Numbered from the stretch's first letter, positions 1 to 12,782 are shown. The stretch is 35,530 nucleotides of DNA from Cyanophora paradoxa CCMP329 (GCA_004431415.1 QPMI01000094.1:1-35530); one strand, 5' to 3'. The notes: generated by a model not told the origin, from the letters alone. A program made the numbers and translations.

Positions 1-524
1 AGCACGTCGGGGAGGGGTATCGCCATGTGGCAGCGGTCGAATTCCAGGCTGTACTCTGAGGGGGCCGCCCTCAGCGGGCGCGGCGCGGGCGGCAGGGCCG
101 GCCTCGGGCACCGCAAAAGTACGTCTCGAGGCCGCCGCTCGACGTGTGCCTGTGGCGGCCCCGCCGGCGGCGTCGGCCGCGCGGCCGCGGCGGGCGCGCG
201 GGACCGGAGCCGGCGAGCGGCGCACCGCGTAGCAATGATGGCGAGGCGGTGCGAGGCGGCGCGCGCGCCCATCTTGTACGCCGCCAGCGGCGCCGCGAAG
301 AGGATCTGCTCCGCGTTCGTGCCGGACTCCAGCGAGACGCCGTTGAGCGCGCCCCGCGCCGATGAGAGGAGCAGCGCGAGCAGGAGCACTCCGGCGAGCC
401 GCACGGCCACGTCGCACGGCTCCCGCGCAGGGAAGCGACGACCTGCATCGCCTCGGCCGCGGAGAGCTGCAGACGGCCACGGACACGGCGCTGAAGTGGG
501 CGCAAGCGCTCCGCGAGCGCACAT
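1..524 (-). CDS. 5' part (first exons) of a paralog of the Cys-rich surface protein gene at 3747-12060; continues beyond window start
   Basis: Reverse complement of 1-529 matches 3742-4280 almost base for base, including two introns. ATG at 524 gives MCARGALAPTSAPCPWPSAALRGRGDAGRRFPAREPCDVAVRLAGVLLLALLLSSARG-ALNG. Indels relative to the paralog keep the frame. Confidence 0.8.
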   Translation of the reverse strand, partial: MCARGALAPTSAPCPWPSAALRGRGDAGRRFPAREPCDVAVRLAGVLLLALLLSSARGALNGVSLESGTNAEQILFAAPLAAYKMGARAASHRLAIIATRCAARRLRSRAPAAAARPTPPAGPPQAHVERRPRDVLLRCPRPALPPAPRPLRAAPSEYSLEFDRCHMAIPLPDV

Positions 525-1213
525 CTTGCCTAATTCCCTCGTGTGCAGGCTGGCGGCGGATCGGGGTGCGCGTTCAGCCGAACTGCCGTCGCTACAGTAT
601 ATCAATCTAGCATGCTTGTGTTATCAATGCGCAATCTCCTGGCGCTGCATCGCCAAGCGTGTGTCGTCGTCGTTGCAGGAAAAGTGCTTGCTGAACAGGT
701 CTCCAGTTCCTAGCGTAACGCAACGACGAGCTCGAGGCTGCTGCGCTGTGGTATTGCCTCCGATTCCTCGGAATTGGGGGCGAGCGCCACAGGGAACGCT
801 GTTCGCGGCCGAAGCACTGAGAGCGCTGCGTGCAGCGCGTTCGGTGTCGTGGGATAAACCGATAAGAGAAGGCGGAGAGGGGTACAGACTCTGAGGTGCG
901 AGGAGGAGCCCAGCGAGTTCACGTTTGCAGCGTCCGTACCGGAGAAACGCGCGCTTTAGAGTTTGAAGCCGAATCGAAGGTCGGCCTCGACAGCCTCCGC
1001 CACTCGGAGCTGGTGCGTGACGGCTGCGGCGACGCTTGCGTCCCTCCAAGGCTAGCACGCACGCGGGCCTAGACTAGGCTCTCGGAGTAGGTTCATGATC
1101 ATGGCATGCTTTACCGGCCGCGGCGGTACCGGTCTAAATTAAAACGTTGACCGGATCCGCGGCCGGAGCATGGGCCAATGCATACGACTGCAGGTATTCA
1201 GGCTCACCGTGGA

Positions 1214-3150
1214 ATGAATCCTGACGCCTCGAGCTCGCGGCCGGCGAAGCGGGCGGCGCTCGAAGGGGCTCGAGCTCCGGATCCCGCGGCCGCGGCCGCG
1301 GCCGCCTCCGCGGGGGCGGGCCTGGCGGGGTTTGACGGGGGCGTGATGGAGCGGCTATTCCTGCAGGCGGGCCCCCGCGAGGCCTTCCGCCTGCGCGCAG
1401 TCTGCCGCCGCTGGCGCGCCGCCGCCGAGGCCGCCCGCTGGCCCGCCCTCGAGCTCCTCGTCTCGACGTCCCCCGCCAGGCCCGACCCCCTCGCCCCGCT
1501 CGCCGTCCTCGCCCGGCCGGCCGCCTGCGCCTCGCGGCCGGCGGCTCCCTCGCCGTGCGGGTGCGCGTGGAGCGGGGGGCGAGGAGGAGTACAAGGGGGC
1601 GGCGGCGGAGCTCGCCGCGCCCTCGCCGCCGCCGGCGGCCTCGGCGCCTTCCGGCTGGAGGCGGAGCCGCAGGAGGAGCCGGCGCGGCTGAGCCCGGGGC
1701 GCTGCGGGCGCTCCTCGCCGCGTGCTCCTTCGCGGCCGCCTCGCTCGAGGCCCTGGAGGTCCGGCCGGCGCGACGCGGACCGCGAAGCTCGGCGCCGCCG
1801 ACGTGGCCGCGCTGCTCGCCCCGCTCCGCCGCCTCCGCCGCCTCGCGCTGCCCGAGCAGGCGCCCCTCGAGGGGCCCGCCGTCGCCGCCCTCGCCTCCGC
1901 CCTCCCGGGCCTCCGCGCCCTCGCCCTCGCCCTCGACACCGGCCAGTCCCTCGCAGGCCCGCCCCGCCGCCCCTCCCGCCTTCCCTCCCGCCGACGCCGA
2001 CTCCGACGGGCAGGGGCGGCGGGGCTGGGCGAGCTGGAGGAGCTGGAGGCCTTCGCGTGCTGGTGCTACGCGTCCGACGGCCTCGCGCCCCTCGCCGCCG
2101 CGCCCCTCGCCCGCTCCCTCCGCCGTTTCTTCCCCCGGTGCCCGCGCCCCGCCTCTTCGCGCCCGCCGGCGCCCCCGATCGATTCCGGCGCAGCGACTAC
2201 GGCCGTGCGGAGGGCTTCGCCGTCTTTCGCCCCTCCTCCACCGAGGTCCCTCTGCCCCCGGCCCATCCACGCCCCCTTCTTCTCCTCCTCCTCCGACGCC
2301 GGCGTTAGGACCTCGCGCGCTTCGAGGCGCTCGAGAGCATCGACAACGTCCTCGAGTTCGAGTACGGCCGCGCCCTGTTTCCCCGCTCGAGCTCTCTCCT
2401 CCACTCCGCCGACGCCCTGCGCAGGGCGGGGGTCACGGGGCGGCAGCTGGGGGCGCTGGGGCGCCTCGGGCGCCTCCAGCGCGCGGGGTTCGCCCTGGGC
2501 ACCCTCGAGCCCGACGGCGGTGGCCCCTGGAGCGTCGCCGAGCAGGCCCGCCCCTCCCCCCGCGCCCTCGCAACCGTCGACGTCCCGAGCGGGCCGGGCG
2601 GCAGATGCGGGGCCTGGCGGGGGCGGTGCGGGCGCTGCCGGGGCTGCGCTGGCTCCGCCTGGTCCTGGCCGTGCGCTCCGCCGAGGAGCTCCCGCGCTGG
2701 CCGAGCTGCTCCGCGCCTGCGGAGCCTGCCTCGCCCGCCTCGACCTCCGCTCCGCGCTGCCCCTCTCGGGCCCCGAGGCGGAGGCCCTCGCGGCGTGCGG
2801 GGCGCTGGAGGCGGCCCGCCTCGCGCACAGCGCCGGCGACGGCTCCCTCGCCGACGTCGACCTCGGGCCCTACGAGCAGGTGCCCGGGCCCAGAGGCCGG
2901 CGCGCGCGCCCGAGCTCGAGACGGGGCACCTCTGATGCCGCCGCGCGCCCCCGCCGCGCCCGGGGCAGCTCGCGGGCCTCGGGTGCGCGCTGGAGGTGCG
3001 GCTGGCGGCCGGCGAGGAGGACCGGGACGAGGTGGAGGGGGACCCGGCGCTGGAGGGCCCCGGGCCCGCCGCCGCCGCACGCGCCCGCCTCGCCGCCGCC
3101 CTGCCCCGCGCCGCCCTCCTCGTCCTGCCCCCGGAGTGACCCATCGCTAA
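1214..3150 (+). CDS. F-box/leucine-rich-repeat-like protein (spliced; several apparent frameshifts, so indel errors or pseudogene)
   Basis: N-terminal F-box-like LAGFDGGVMERLFLQAGPREAFRLRAVCRRWR, then LxxLxL repeats spread over different frames (LRRLRRLAL, LPGLRALAL, LEELEAF, LPGLRWLRLVL, LARLDL). GC-AG intron at 2546-2604. 3' end approximate. Confidence 0.7.
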
Positions 3151-3746
3151 CTCCTGTGCCCATATGCATACGTGTACATGTGCATGATACATGTATACCA
3201 AAATATTCGCCGCGGCAGCCGGCCGCAGGCCCGGGACTGGGCCGGGGCCCGGGAGTCGGGCCGGGCAGCTGCGGCAGACTAGCGCTCAGCTGCAGCGGCT
3301 TACAAGTTGAGTGGGCCGAGCTCGAGGCTTGAGCTGGCTGCTCGCCGGCTGGAGCTAGCCGCGGCTACGACAGCTAGCCTAGTAGCACGAGCTAGCCGCG
3401 GCTACTGGCGGCTAGCTCCGGTAGAATCGTGTGCCCCCGGCCCACGTGCACTGCACCGAGGTCTTGCGCCACGAACGCGCTCCGCGCCGCGCTCCCGGCG
3501 CTCTGGCCACGTAACGAACGCTACCGCCGGTCCGAGGGCGCGCGCGCCGGCGCCAGAGTCCAAGCAGGAATCGGTCAGTAGGAGGCCACGGAGCGCAGCA
3601 GCCCCGTCGTTGCAAGCATTCAGAACGTGGCATCTCTTTCTTAGCTCTCAGCAGGCACTGGTCCGCTATCGTCAGTCCTAGGAGCTACCGCAGACCAGCG
3701 CGATGCAAGCTCGCACACGCCATCCAGAGCGATAGCTATACGCAAG

Positions 3747-6700
3747 ATGTGCGTTCGCGGAGCGCTTGCGCTCACTCGAGGCATTGGGGCGGGCCGCCCG
3801 GCGCCGTGGCCGTCCGCGGCTCTCCGCGGCGATGCAGGTCGTCGCTTCCCTGCGCGGGGGCCGTGCGGCGTGGCCGTGCGGCTCGCCGGAGTGCTCCTGC
3901 TCGCTCTGCTCCTTGCTTCGGCGCGGGGCGCGCTCAACGGCGTCTCGCTGGAGTCCGGCACGAACGCGGAACAGATCCTCTTCGCGGCGCCGCTGGCGGC
4001 GTACAAGATGGGCGCGCGCGCCGCCTCGCACCGCCTCGCCATCATTGCTACGCGGTGCGCCGCTCGCCGGCTCCGGTCCCGCGCGCCCGCCGCGGCCGCG
4101 CGGCCGACGCCGCCGGCGGGGCCGCCACAGGCACACGGCGAGCGGCGGCCTCGAGACGTACTTTTGCGGTGCCCGAGGCCAGCCCTGCCGCCCGCGCCGC
4201 GCCCGCTGAGGGGCGGCCCCCTCAGAGTACAGCCTGGAATTCGACCGTTGCAACATGGCGATACCCCTCCCCGACGTGCTCTACCCCCTGCCCGCCCTTG
4301 CCCCTCCGCGTCCGTTCTTAGAGCCCTGCCTGCAGCTCTCGGGTGTCCCGGTTGCCTTCTCGTACTCCTCGTTCACGCCCTTCGGCGGCCGGGTGCGCCT
4401 CTACCCCCTCTCCATCCCCACTCCCTCCCCCCCTCCCATCTCTCTTTCCCTGTGGCCTCTGACCGGGGTTTCACAGAGTACCGACGTGTGGGGTCCCCCC
4501 GATGACGAATTCTTCTGCAAAGTGCACCCCCCGCTCCTTTCCCCCCCCCCAAAAAAAAAAAGAAAAACCCCTCTCCCCCCCACCCCAGCCCCTCTATTAC
4601 CCTCCTCTTCCCTGACCCCCTCCCCGCTCCTCCCACCCCTTCTCCCCCTCTCCCCCCCTCTCCCTCTCCCGCCTGACCTTTCGCTCTCACCTCGCCCCGC
4701 GGCCGGCGGCAGCACGCGAACTGGCTGAAGTGGGACGGGGGCGACCCGGGCTCGACCCTCCCGCCGGAGCTCGTCGGGGTGCTCGGGGACGGGCACTGGG
4801 TGGTCCGCCCCCGCCCCGCCCGCCCACCCCAGCCCGCCCCGCCCGCCCCGCCCGCCCCGCCTCAGCCTGGCGCTGAGGGGAGCGCGTGCCTCAGAAAATG
4901 GAAAATGGCTCAGCCGGTGCGGCCGCCCGCGGCCCCCGTCGCCGCCATGCGCCCCGCCACCGGCGCCGGTCGCGCTGACGACTTCGGGCCGGCCAGGCTC
5001 TTCTACACCGACCCGGCCACGAGCGAGCTGGTCGACAGGCTGCCCCGCTGCTCCCTCATCGACTGCCGGGAGTGGCGGCCGTGCGCGTGGGCGAATGCAG
5101 CGTACCCAGCGTGCCCCGCGGCGGGCTGCGGACCGCCCGGGGAGGCGCCCTTTGCGGCGTGGGCGCGGGACTTCGGGCACGACCTCCGCTGGTTCCGCTC
5201 CGGCTGGGAGCGCTCCCTCTTCGCCGCGGCCCGCCCCCGCCGCCCCCGCCGCCCGCAATCGATCTCACTTCCCGACGCCCCCCCGGCCCGCAGACGGTCG
5301 GAGTGAACGCGTACGACGCCGGTTTCCAAGAGTGCGTGCACCCCCACCCGTCCCTCCCGTATTTACGTATACCCCGGAGCTCGAGCGCCCCTTGTTTGCT
5401 GCAGCGAGTTCTCGGTGCACTGGGTGGCGGCCCTGACAAACGTATTCGTGGCCGTGCGGCCCATCCCGCACGCCTCGGCACAGTCCCACGCCAGCCTGTC
5501 GCACTTCTCCGTACCCGTCGAGGCCATGACGTACGCGGACGCCGTGATCGGGACCCCCTTCCCGGGGCCCGCGCGCCTCCCCGACAATTCATCCTGCCGC
5601 GGCTGCCCGCCCACGAACGAGGCTCTCAAGAGCGCGTACCCCCTCGACTCTGCCAGCGCCCTCTCCTGCCCGCCCTGTGCGCCCCGCCCGCCCCCCCCCC
5701 CCCCCCCCCCCCGCCCCCCCCCCCTCCACCCCCACCCCACCCTCCCACCGTCGCCCCTTTCGATCCTTCCATGACTACTCCGCCCCGCAGTTGCCGACGA
5801 CGCTCTATCCAGCGATGATAGCGGGGAGCGGGTGATGAGCGCCCAGATCTTCGCCTTCTGGAACCGCGGCGTCGCGCACTTCGCGTCCATGTACGCCTAC
5901 GACGTGGCGCAGCGGCTCCAGCGCGTCGTGCCGCGGGCCCGCCTCTGCACCCTCAACGTCTCCGCCGACCTCCCCGTCGACGCGGCGCTCCTCGAGCCCC
6001 CCGACGGCTCCTACACCTCCGCCAGCGGCGGCGTCCTGTACACCGTCGACTCGTACGACGCCTGGCCCACTTCACTCACGCTCAGGGGAGGAGGCTTCTC
6101 GGGCGTACTTCCCCGTATGAATTACGCGAGCCACCTGCCGCCGCACGCGTCGGCCCTCGCGGCGGCGGCCGACCCGCGCGCGGCGGCCGGCGCCCCCGTG
6201 GCCTACCACCTCCTCCTCCGCGTCCCCCTCTTCCCCACCCAGGGCGACCCGAACTGCTACCTGCAGATCCGGGATCCGAAATCCAACATATCCGCCTGCG
6301 AGGGCCTCTTGATTGAGCACGTCTTCGCGATCTACAGGTGCCCAATGCACGTAGCGCACTGGGCTCTGCCGCCGACCGTGATCCGCCTCGCCGCAGCTTC
6401 CACGTGCGATTCGGGCTGGACCCGAGCGTCTTCCGGGAGACTGAGTGCCAGGACGCCTTGCTCGCCAACGGCACTACCGTCACGAACTGCACGTGCGCAT
6501 TCTCGACTCTGCGCCCGTAGAGCAGCGTGGCTGAGATTGCGGTCTGCGCCGCCCCGGGCCCGCAGGGTGGTGGAGGAGTCGGCGCGGCTGGCGCGGGCGC
6601 CGCTCGTCCTCCGCCGCTCGCGCCTCCGCTGGCAGGACAACTGGATCGTGCGCCCGCAGGCCGCGGCGCGGCTCTGTAGAGCTTCGAGAGGGCTTACTGC

Positions 6701-9700
6701 GTTGCTCCCGCAGGTGCAGAACGAGCGGCCCTCGGTCGCCGGCCCCGGCGTCGGCGTGCGTTCCGCTCTTCGCAGATGCCGTCGCCGGACCGAAGCCCTC
6801 GGGCCGATTCCTTTGCCGCGCAGGCGTTGGAGTGCAAGTGGGCGGAGGGGGCGGGCGCCTTCTCCTTCTTCGTGTGCCCCGACGAGGTCGTCCGGCTGCG
6901 GCGCCCCAGCGGCTTCCAGAGCGGCCTCGCCGGCGAGGTCCCGCCCCGCCCTGCCCCGCTCCCGCCGCCCCGCGCCGCGCCCCAGCCGCCCCGCAGATCG
7001 TCGACCGCCTCCCGCTCGAGCCGGCCGCCGCCGCCCCCTCCCGCGACCTCTGGTACTCCGTGCCGGCGGCGGTGTACAAGGCGGGCCGGCTCTACGTCGT
7101 CCTCGAGCGGCACACGCGGAACAACACAGAGTTCCACTCCGTGCGCGGGCTGGCTTTCCTCGCGTCCTCCGAACCGCGCCTGACCACCGGCACGGGCAGA
7201 TGGACCCTCGAGAGGAGTATTTGCCCCCTCAAAGCACGCGCCGGCTCTCGGGGGCGGCGGCGCGAGCGCCCTTCGCGGAGCTCTGGAAGCTCGAGGGGGC
7301 GGACGGGCCGGCGCCGGGCCCCGCGCGGCGCGTGCTGGCGCGGCTGCCGGCGGGCATGCGCGGGGCGTACACGATCGACGACTACAGCGCGGGGGTCTAC
7401 TTCGACGAGGGCGGGGACCCCGCGGCGCCCTTCGCCGAGGCGCCGTACGTCGTCTTCTGGGCCGCCTCGCCCCCGCTCGTCCTCCGCGTCTTCACCGAGT
7501 GCCCCCCCGGCACCCTCTTCAACGCCGAGACCGTCTTCCAGGCCCGCCCCGCCGCCCCGCCGCCGGCCGCCGCCCCGCGCTGAGGCCGGGGCGCAGGCGG
7601 CCCCTGAGGACTGCGTGCCGCTGCCGGCCGGCCGCGCGAGCGCCCGCGGCGGCCTCCTCTCCCCCGAAGAGGCCGACCAGTGCGTCCCGCCGCCCCGCCG
7701 CACCCGCCCGCCCGGCGCGCGCCGACCGGCGGGGGGCGGGGGCAGGTGCCCGGCGGGGCGGTACGCGGGGCCCGGCAGCACTGAGTGCCTCCTCTGCGAG
7801 CGCGGCTTCTACTCCGCCCCGGGCTCCGCCTCTTGCTTCCGTGCGCCGCCCCGCGCCGCACGTGATGTGCGGTCCGCTCCTGAGCCGCGGGCTGGTGGCC
7901 CGCCCGCCCGCAGCGTGCGCGCAGAACAGCTTCTCGCTGGAGCGGGGCAGCGCGTGCGAGCCGTGCGCCGCGAACGCCTACACGCAGACCGTCGCCTGGT
8001 CCTCCCCGTGCCTCACCTGTCCGCACCGCCCCGCCCCGCCCCGCCCCGCCCCGCCGCCTCACCCCGGCCCAGGCTCGCCCGGGACGTACCTGCCGTACCC
8101 CGGCGCCAGCGTCTGCGCCCGCTGCCCCGCCTCGCAGGTCTCCTCGTGGGGTGCGGTACCCCGGCAGGTCGCCGGTGCCGCGCTGACGGCGCGGGGCAGG
8201 GGCGACGAACTGCACGTCGTGCCCCGAGGGGCGCGTGCCGAACGAGGAGGGGAGCGCGTGCCGCCCCTGCCCGGCCGGCAGCTTCCAGCCCCCGGGCTCG
8301 CTCTTCGCCTGCGCCCCGTGCCCCGAGAACACCGTCACCCCCGCCGAGGGCGCCGCCGCCTGCGAGCCCTGCCCCGCCGGCTCTGTCGCCGCCCCCAACC
8401 GCCAGCTCTGCCTCCCCTGGCCCGCCCGCCCCCGCCCGCCCCTTCCCGCCCGAGCTGACGCCGGCGCGCAGCCCGGTGGGGACGGCCCGCGGCGAGAACG
8501 GCACCACCTGCGAGACGTGCGGGCGGCGCCCCCGGGGCCCCTCCCCGCGCCGACGCCGCCGGGGCGCGCAGTGCCCGGCCGGCTCGGCGGCGCCCGTCGC
8601 CGGCTCCGCCGCCTGCGGCCCTGCCCGCCCGGCTCCCTCCCGCCCCGACCGCCGCAGCTGCATCCCCTGCCGCGCGGTCCGCCCGCTCCCGCCGCCGGCC
8701 GGGGCAGGCGCTCACCGCGCGCGCAGGGCTCGTACCGCTCGGCGAACGACTCGGCCTGCGTCCCGTGCCCCGCCGTGCGCCCCCGCCCCGGGGCCGGGGC
8801 GGGCGGGGCCCGAGCCCCCGCAGGGCTTCTTCTCCGAGGACGCCGGCTCCGCGGAGTGCCGCCCCTGGTCCGCCCCGCCCCGCCCGCGCCCCGCGCCCCG
8901 ACCCGACGCGCCCCCGCCAGCCCCGCCGGCTTCCAGCCGCAGCCCGACGGCCAGAGCTGCGTCGGTCCGCCGCCTGTCCCCTCCGGCCGCCGCGCGCCCC
9001 CACCGCCGCCCGCAGTCTGTCCGCCGGGGACGGCGCGGGCGGAGGGCGGCGGTGCGTGCGCGCCGTGCGGGGCGAAGAGCGTGGCGCCGGAGGCGGGGGC
9101 GGCGGCGTGCGCGCCCTGCGCGGCGGGGCACGTTGCGGAGGGCGGGCGCTGCGTGCCGTGCCTCGCCGGCTCCTACACCAGCGAGGCCCTCGACGCCTGC
9201 GCCCGCTGCCCCCTCAACTCCTGGTCCCCCCCCGCCGCCACCTCCTGCCAGACCTGCGCGGTGCCGCGCCCCCGACGGCGCTCTGCCCCAGCGCGGCTCC
9301 GAGCCCCGGCCGCAGGAGGGGTACGTGTCGAACGACGAGCAGACCGCCTGCGTCCCCTGCACCGCCGGTGCCCCTCCCCGCCGCGCGCGCCCCGGGCGCG
9401 CTCGAACGGGGTACCCCCCTGCGCAGGGTCGTACCGGAACGGGACGATGGCGGCGTGCGTGGCGTGCCCCGAGCGGACGTACTCGCCGCAGGACGCGGCG
9501 GCCCAGTGCCTCCCCTGCTCCGACGCCCAGTTCTGCCCCGTCGCCACCGCCTCGTGCGCCGCCCCCGCCCGCCCCCGCCCGCCCGTCCCCCCTCACCCGC
9601 CCCACCCCGTCACAGGCCCGTGGATCTGAGCAGCGTCCTCCAGCGTCCTGCTTCGCTTGAGCTCGCGCTTGCCTCCACCTCGCGGCGGCGGCGGCTGCAG

Positions 9701-12060
9701 GGCCTGCGGGCGGCGGGGCGGGCGCTGCTGGGCTCCGGGGGCGGCGAGCAGGCGCCCGACCTGTCAAACAGCGCCTTTGCTGTCGGCGCCACTGTCGGCG
9801 TCCTCACCATGCCCGAGGCGCGCCTGCCGCCCGCCCGCGCCGACTCGCCCTCACGCGCGCGCCGCAGATCAAGACGGAGGAGGACGTTCAGGGGCGCGTG
9901 CTGATGCTTTTCGGCGTCATCGCGGCGGCGGTCACGGGCGCCATGCTGCTCTTCGGCCTCGTCGTCTTCGTGTACCTCCGCTGCCTCAGCGGCCGCCTCG
10001 ACGCCCGCCGCGAGCGCTACAAGCGGGCGCGCCCGCCCCCCCGTCTCCCGCCGCCGCCCCTGAGCCCGCCTCAGGTCATGCGGCTGCACGTGCTCTTCCG
10101 CGAGAGCGAGCCAACCGTGCGCGTACCCCCCGGCCCTCCGTCCCCCCTTCCGCCCCGGGCCGACGGGGGCGGGGCGCAGAGCCTGAACGACAACGGGAGC
10201 GATGCGGGGGTGGCGAAGGGGGACCCGTGGAAGGGGCGGACGGTCTCGGGGTCGGTCTTCTCGGCGCTCGCCGCCGCCCTCGTCGCCGTCGCCGTCTCCT
10301 TCGTCATCGTCCAGTTCGGTGCGCCCCGCAGCGCCCGGCGGGCGGGCCCGCGTGGGGCCGCGCCTGACAGCGCGCCCGCCCGCAGCCGTCGCGAACTACC
10401 AGATCATCCAGTGCGCCGCGCCGCCGGCTGGCCCCCGCGGCGCCGCCCGAGGCGCCCCGCAGGTCGCTCAACCCGGGGGCCTCGCCGTCGGCCTCGGGGA
10501 TCGCCGGCCGCTTCGCCGTCTCCGCCTCCTTCCCCGGCTACAGCGGCCCCTGCTCGGCCGCCCTCGCGGGGAGCCCCGGCGCCGGCGCCGCCGACGTGCT
10601 TGTCTCGAGCGGCGGCTTCGCGGGGACGGTCGCCGCCAGCGCCGCCCGCCAGGACGGCGGCCTCTCCTGCAAGTGCGGCCCCGCCGGCCCCGCCCGCGCG
10701 CCCCCGCCCCGCCGGCCGCGCCGGCCGCCGACCGCCCCGCGCGCAGCGTCACGTGGGAGTGCACCGCCTGCCGGCGCGCCAGCCAGCCCGCGCCGCTGTC
10801 ACGCCGCTGGGGAGCTGACGGGCGGGGCAGGGTGGTCTCGACGTTCAACGTGACGGTGGCCTTCGCGCTGCGGGCCCGCCTCGCCCTCGCCTACGCCGCC
10901 GACTTCACCTTCCAGGCCCGCCCCGCCCCGCCCGCCCCTGCGAGGCTCGCCGCGAGCCGCGCGCGCAGCTGCCGCAGTGGGTCTCGGCGCGGGGCAGCGT
11001 CGCCACGAGCCGCCGCGAGGCCGTCTTCCGGGGCCCCTCCCCGTCACCCTCCCCGTCTCCCTCATCGGTGCCCCCGCCCGCCCGCCCCGCCCACACCGCC
11101 GGGCGAGCGCGTTCGGCGGCGGCAGGGACGCACTTCACGAGCGAGCGGGACGGGCGGCCGCGCTACTCGGTCGCCGTCTCCTCCGCCGACAACCGCCCCG
11201 CCGAGCGCGACGCCACCACCTTCGTGCGCGCCCCAGCCCCACCCCGCCCCGCGCCCCGCGCGCCGCGCCGCGCGTGCGACGCGGGGCGGGGCAGACGGTG
11301 TGCCCGCCGGGGCGGGCGCTGGAGCGGTGCGAGGAGGAGCGGGTGGCCTTCGTGGCGGCCTTCGAGGTGGCCCAGGTCTACTACCTCGTGCGCCGCGCCA
11401 CCAAGGACAGCGTCCTCGACATGCTCGCCAACCTCGCCTCCCTCAGGCCCGCCCCGCCCGCCCCGCCCGCCCGCCGCGCGGCGCCGCTGACGGGCCGGCG
11501 CCTGCAGCGCGGCGGCGGTGGCGGCGGTGGGGTACCTCTTCGTCGCGTACGTGCTGGCGCGGCGGTACCTGCGGCGGCGGCACGGCCTCAAGGCCGTCGA
11601 GACCCTCGACGACCTCGAGAGGGAGGGCGAGACGGAGGACGGGGACCCCAGGCCCCTCGACCACATGTACAGCTTCCCCACGGCGGTCCTCCCCCATGGA
11701 GACGGCAAGGCGGGGAAGGAGTATTATGAGGCGGCAAAGGCCCCGCCCCCGCCTGCCGGCCTGCCCCGCGCCCGCTCGCGATCCGTCCCGCGGGAGCGGC
11801 CGGCGCCGCGGGGGCGGGCGCCGCCCCCCGTCCCCTCCTCCGAAGCGTCCTTCGGTTCCGCCGCGTCGGCCGCGCCTGCGGACGGCGCGCGCCCGCGCGT
11901 CAAGTCAGCCCCATCCCTCCCCGCGGAAGCCGCACTGGGAGGCGCCGGCGAGCGAAATGGTCCCTTTTCGCCTTTGTGGGCGGGGGCCGACGAGGAGGGA
12001 CCCTTCGGGGGCCGCGAGAGCATCCTCCGCAATGTCGTATTCCTCCCCCACGACCGCTGA
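3747..12060 (+). CDS. Large multi-exon secreted/membrane protein with tandem Cys-rich GCC2_GCC3 (ephrin-receptor-like) repeats and three predicted TM helices
   Basis: Signal peptide VAVRLAGVLLLALLLASARG|ALN. Introns 4055-4130, 4169-4225 and others join exons in frame. Repeats such as CPAGRYAGPGSTECLLCERGFYS, CRPCPAGSFQ and CVPCLAGSYT lie at ~7750-9550. Hydrophobic segments: VLMLFGVIAAAVTGAMLLFGLVVFVYL, VFSALAAALVAVAVSFVIV and AAAVAAVGYLFVAYVL. Stop at 12060. A few junctions could not be resolved. Confidence 0.85.
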
Positions 12061-12782
12061 GGCCTGAAGCCCTTTTTCTATTTCCATTTAGTAAGGTTAC
12101 TTATCTGCGCAGAGTCTTATCATAAACTTAGTAAAGTTGACATAAACCCCCCGTATAGAAATATGTAGCTGTCTAATTTTCCATTCCACGGGCCATTTTC
12201 TTAAGAAGTGTGTTAGCGCGCGCGTAAGAATATGCGTCACAATTTACTGAGTTAAGTAATTATAAGTAGGAACTTCGGAAGAAGAAGAGTGTACGAACTA
12301 GTGAGTGCTTGACTTCAAGTCTGATCATGAGCTCGAGAGGATCGGAGGAAACTTTTGAAAGCTAAGAGCGAGGGGAACCTCGGAATTCGAAGCCATTTTA
12401 ATTTCAAGCGATTTCGAATTCGAATTCGAATTCGCCCCGAGTACTAGTCACACAGGACAAGAGCACAAATTGAAGAACGACAAGACGGATCCGGAAGTCC
12501 AAAATTAAACCGACAGCAAATTAGATCTACGCGCATGCATTTGCTAGCGTTAACGTTAGCGCTAGCTCTAGCGCGCGATGTATACGTACAGTGCGTCGTA
12601 CGTACACATGTACAAGTGGCTTTAAGATACTGTATCCCCCTGATTCACGCGCGTGTACCCAAGATGGGCCCCGTCGACGTCGCCGGGCTAGCGGCGCGGC
12701 GCCATCGCGTCGATGATCGCGATCGCGGCCCGGCCGCGCACGTTAAGTAAGGCTCTTAGTAAGTACGTTTCCGGGTCCCGGA

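Noticed and set aside
1500-2720. Frameshifts in the F-box/LRR gene as programmed recoding
   Set aside because: They fall in GC-rich runs, and similar single-base slips occur elsewhere in the window, so long-read indel errors or decay are more likely.
6832-12067. Very long ORFs (942 aa at 6832-9660, 621 aa at 10202-12067) and overlapping antisense ORFs
   Set aside because: Arg/Pro/Ala/Gly-rich read-through of GC-rich exons and introns. The real protein switches frame at splice junctions.
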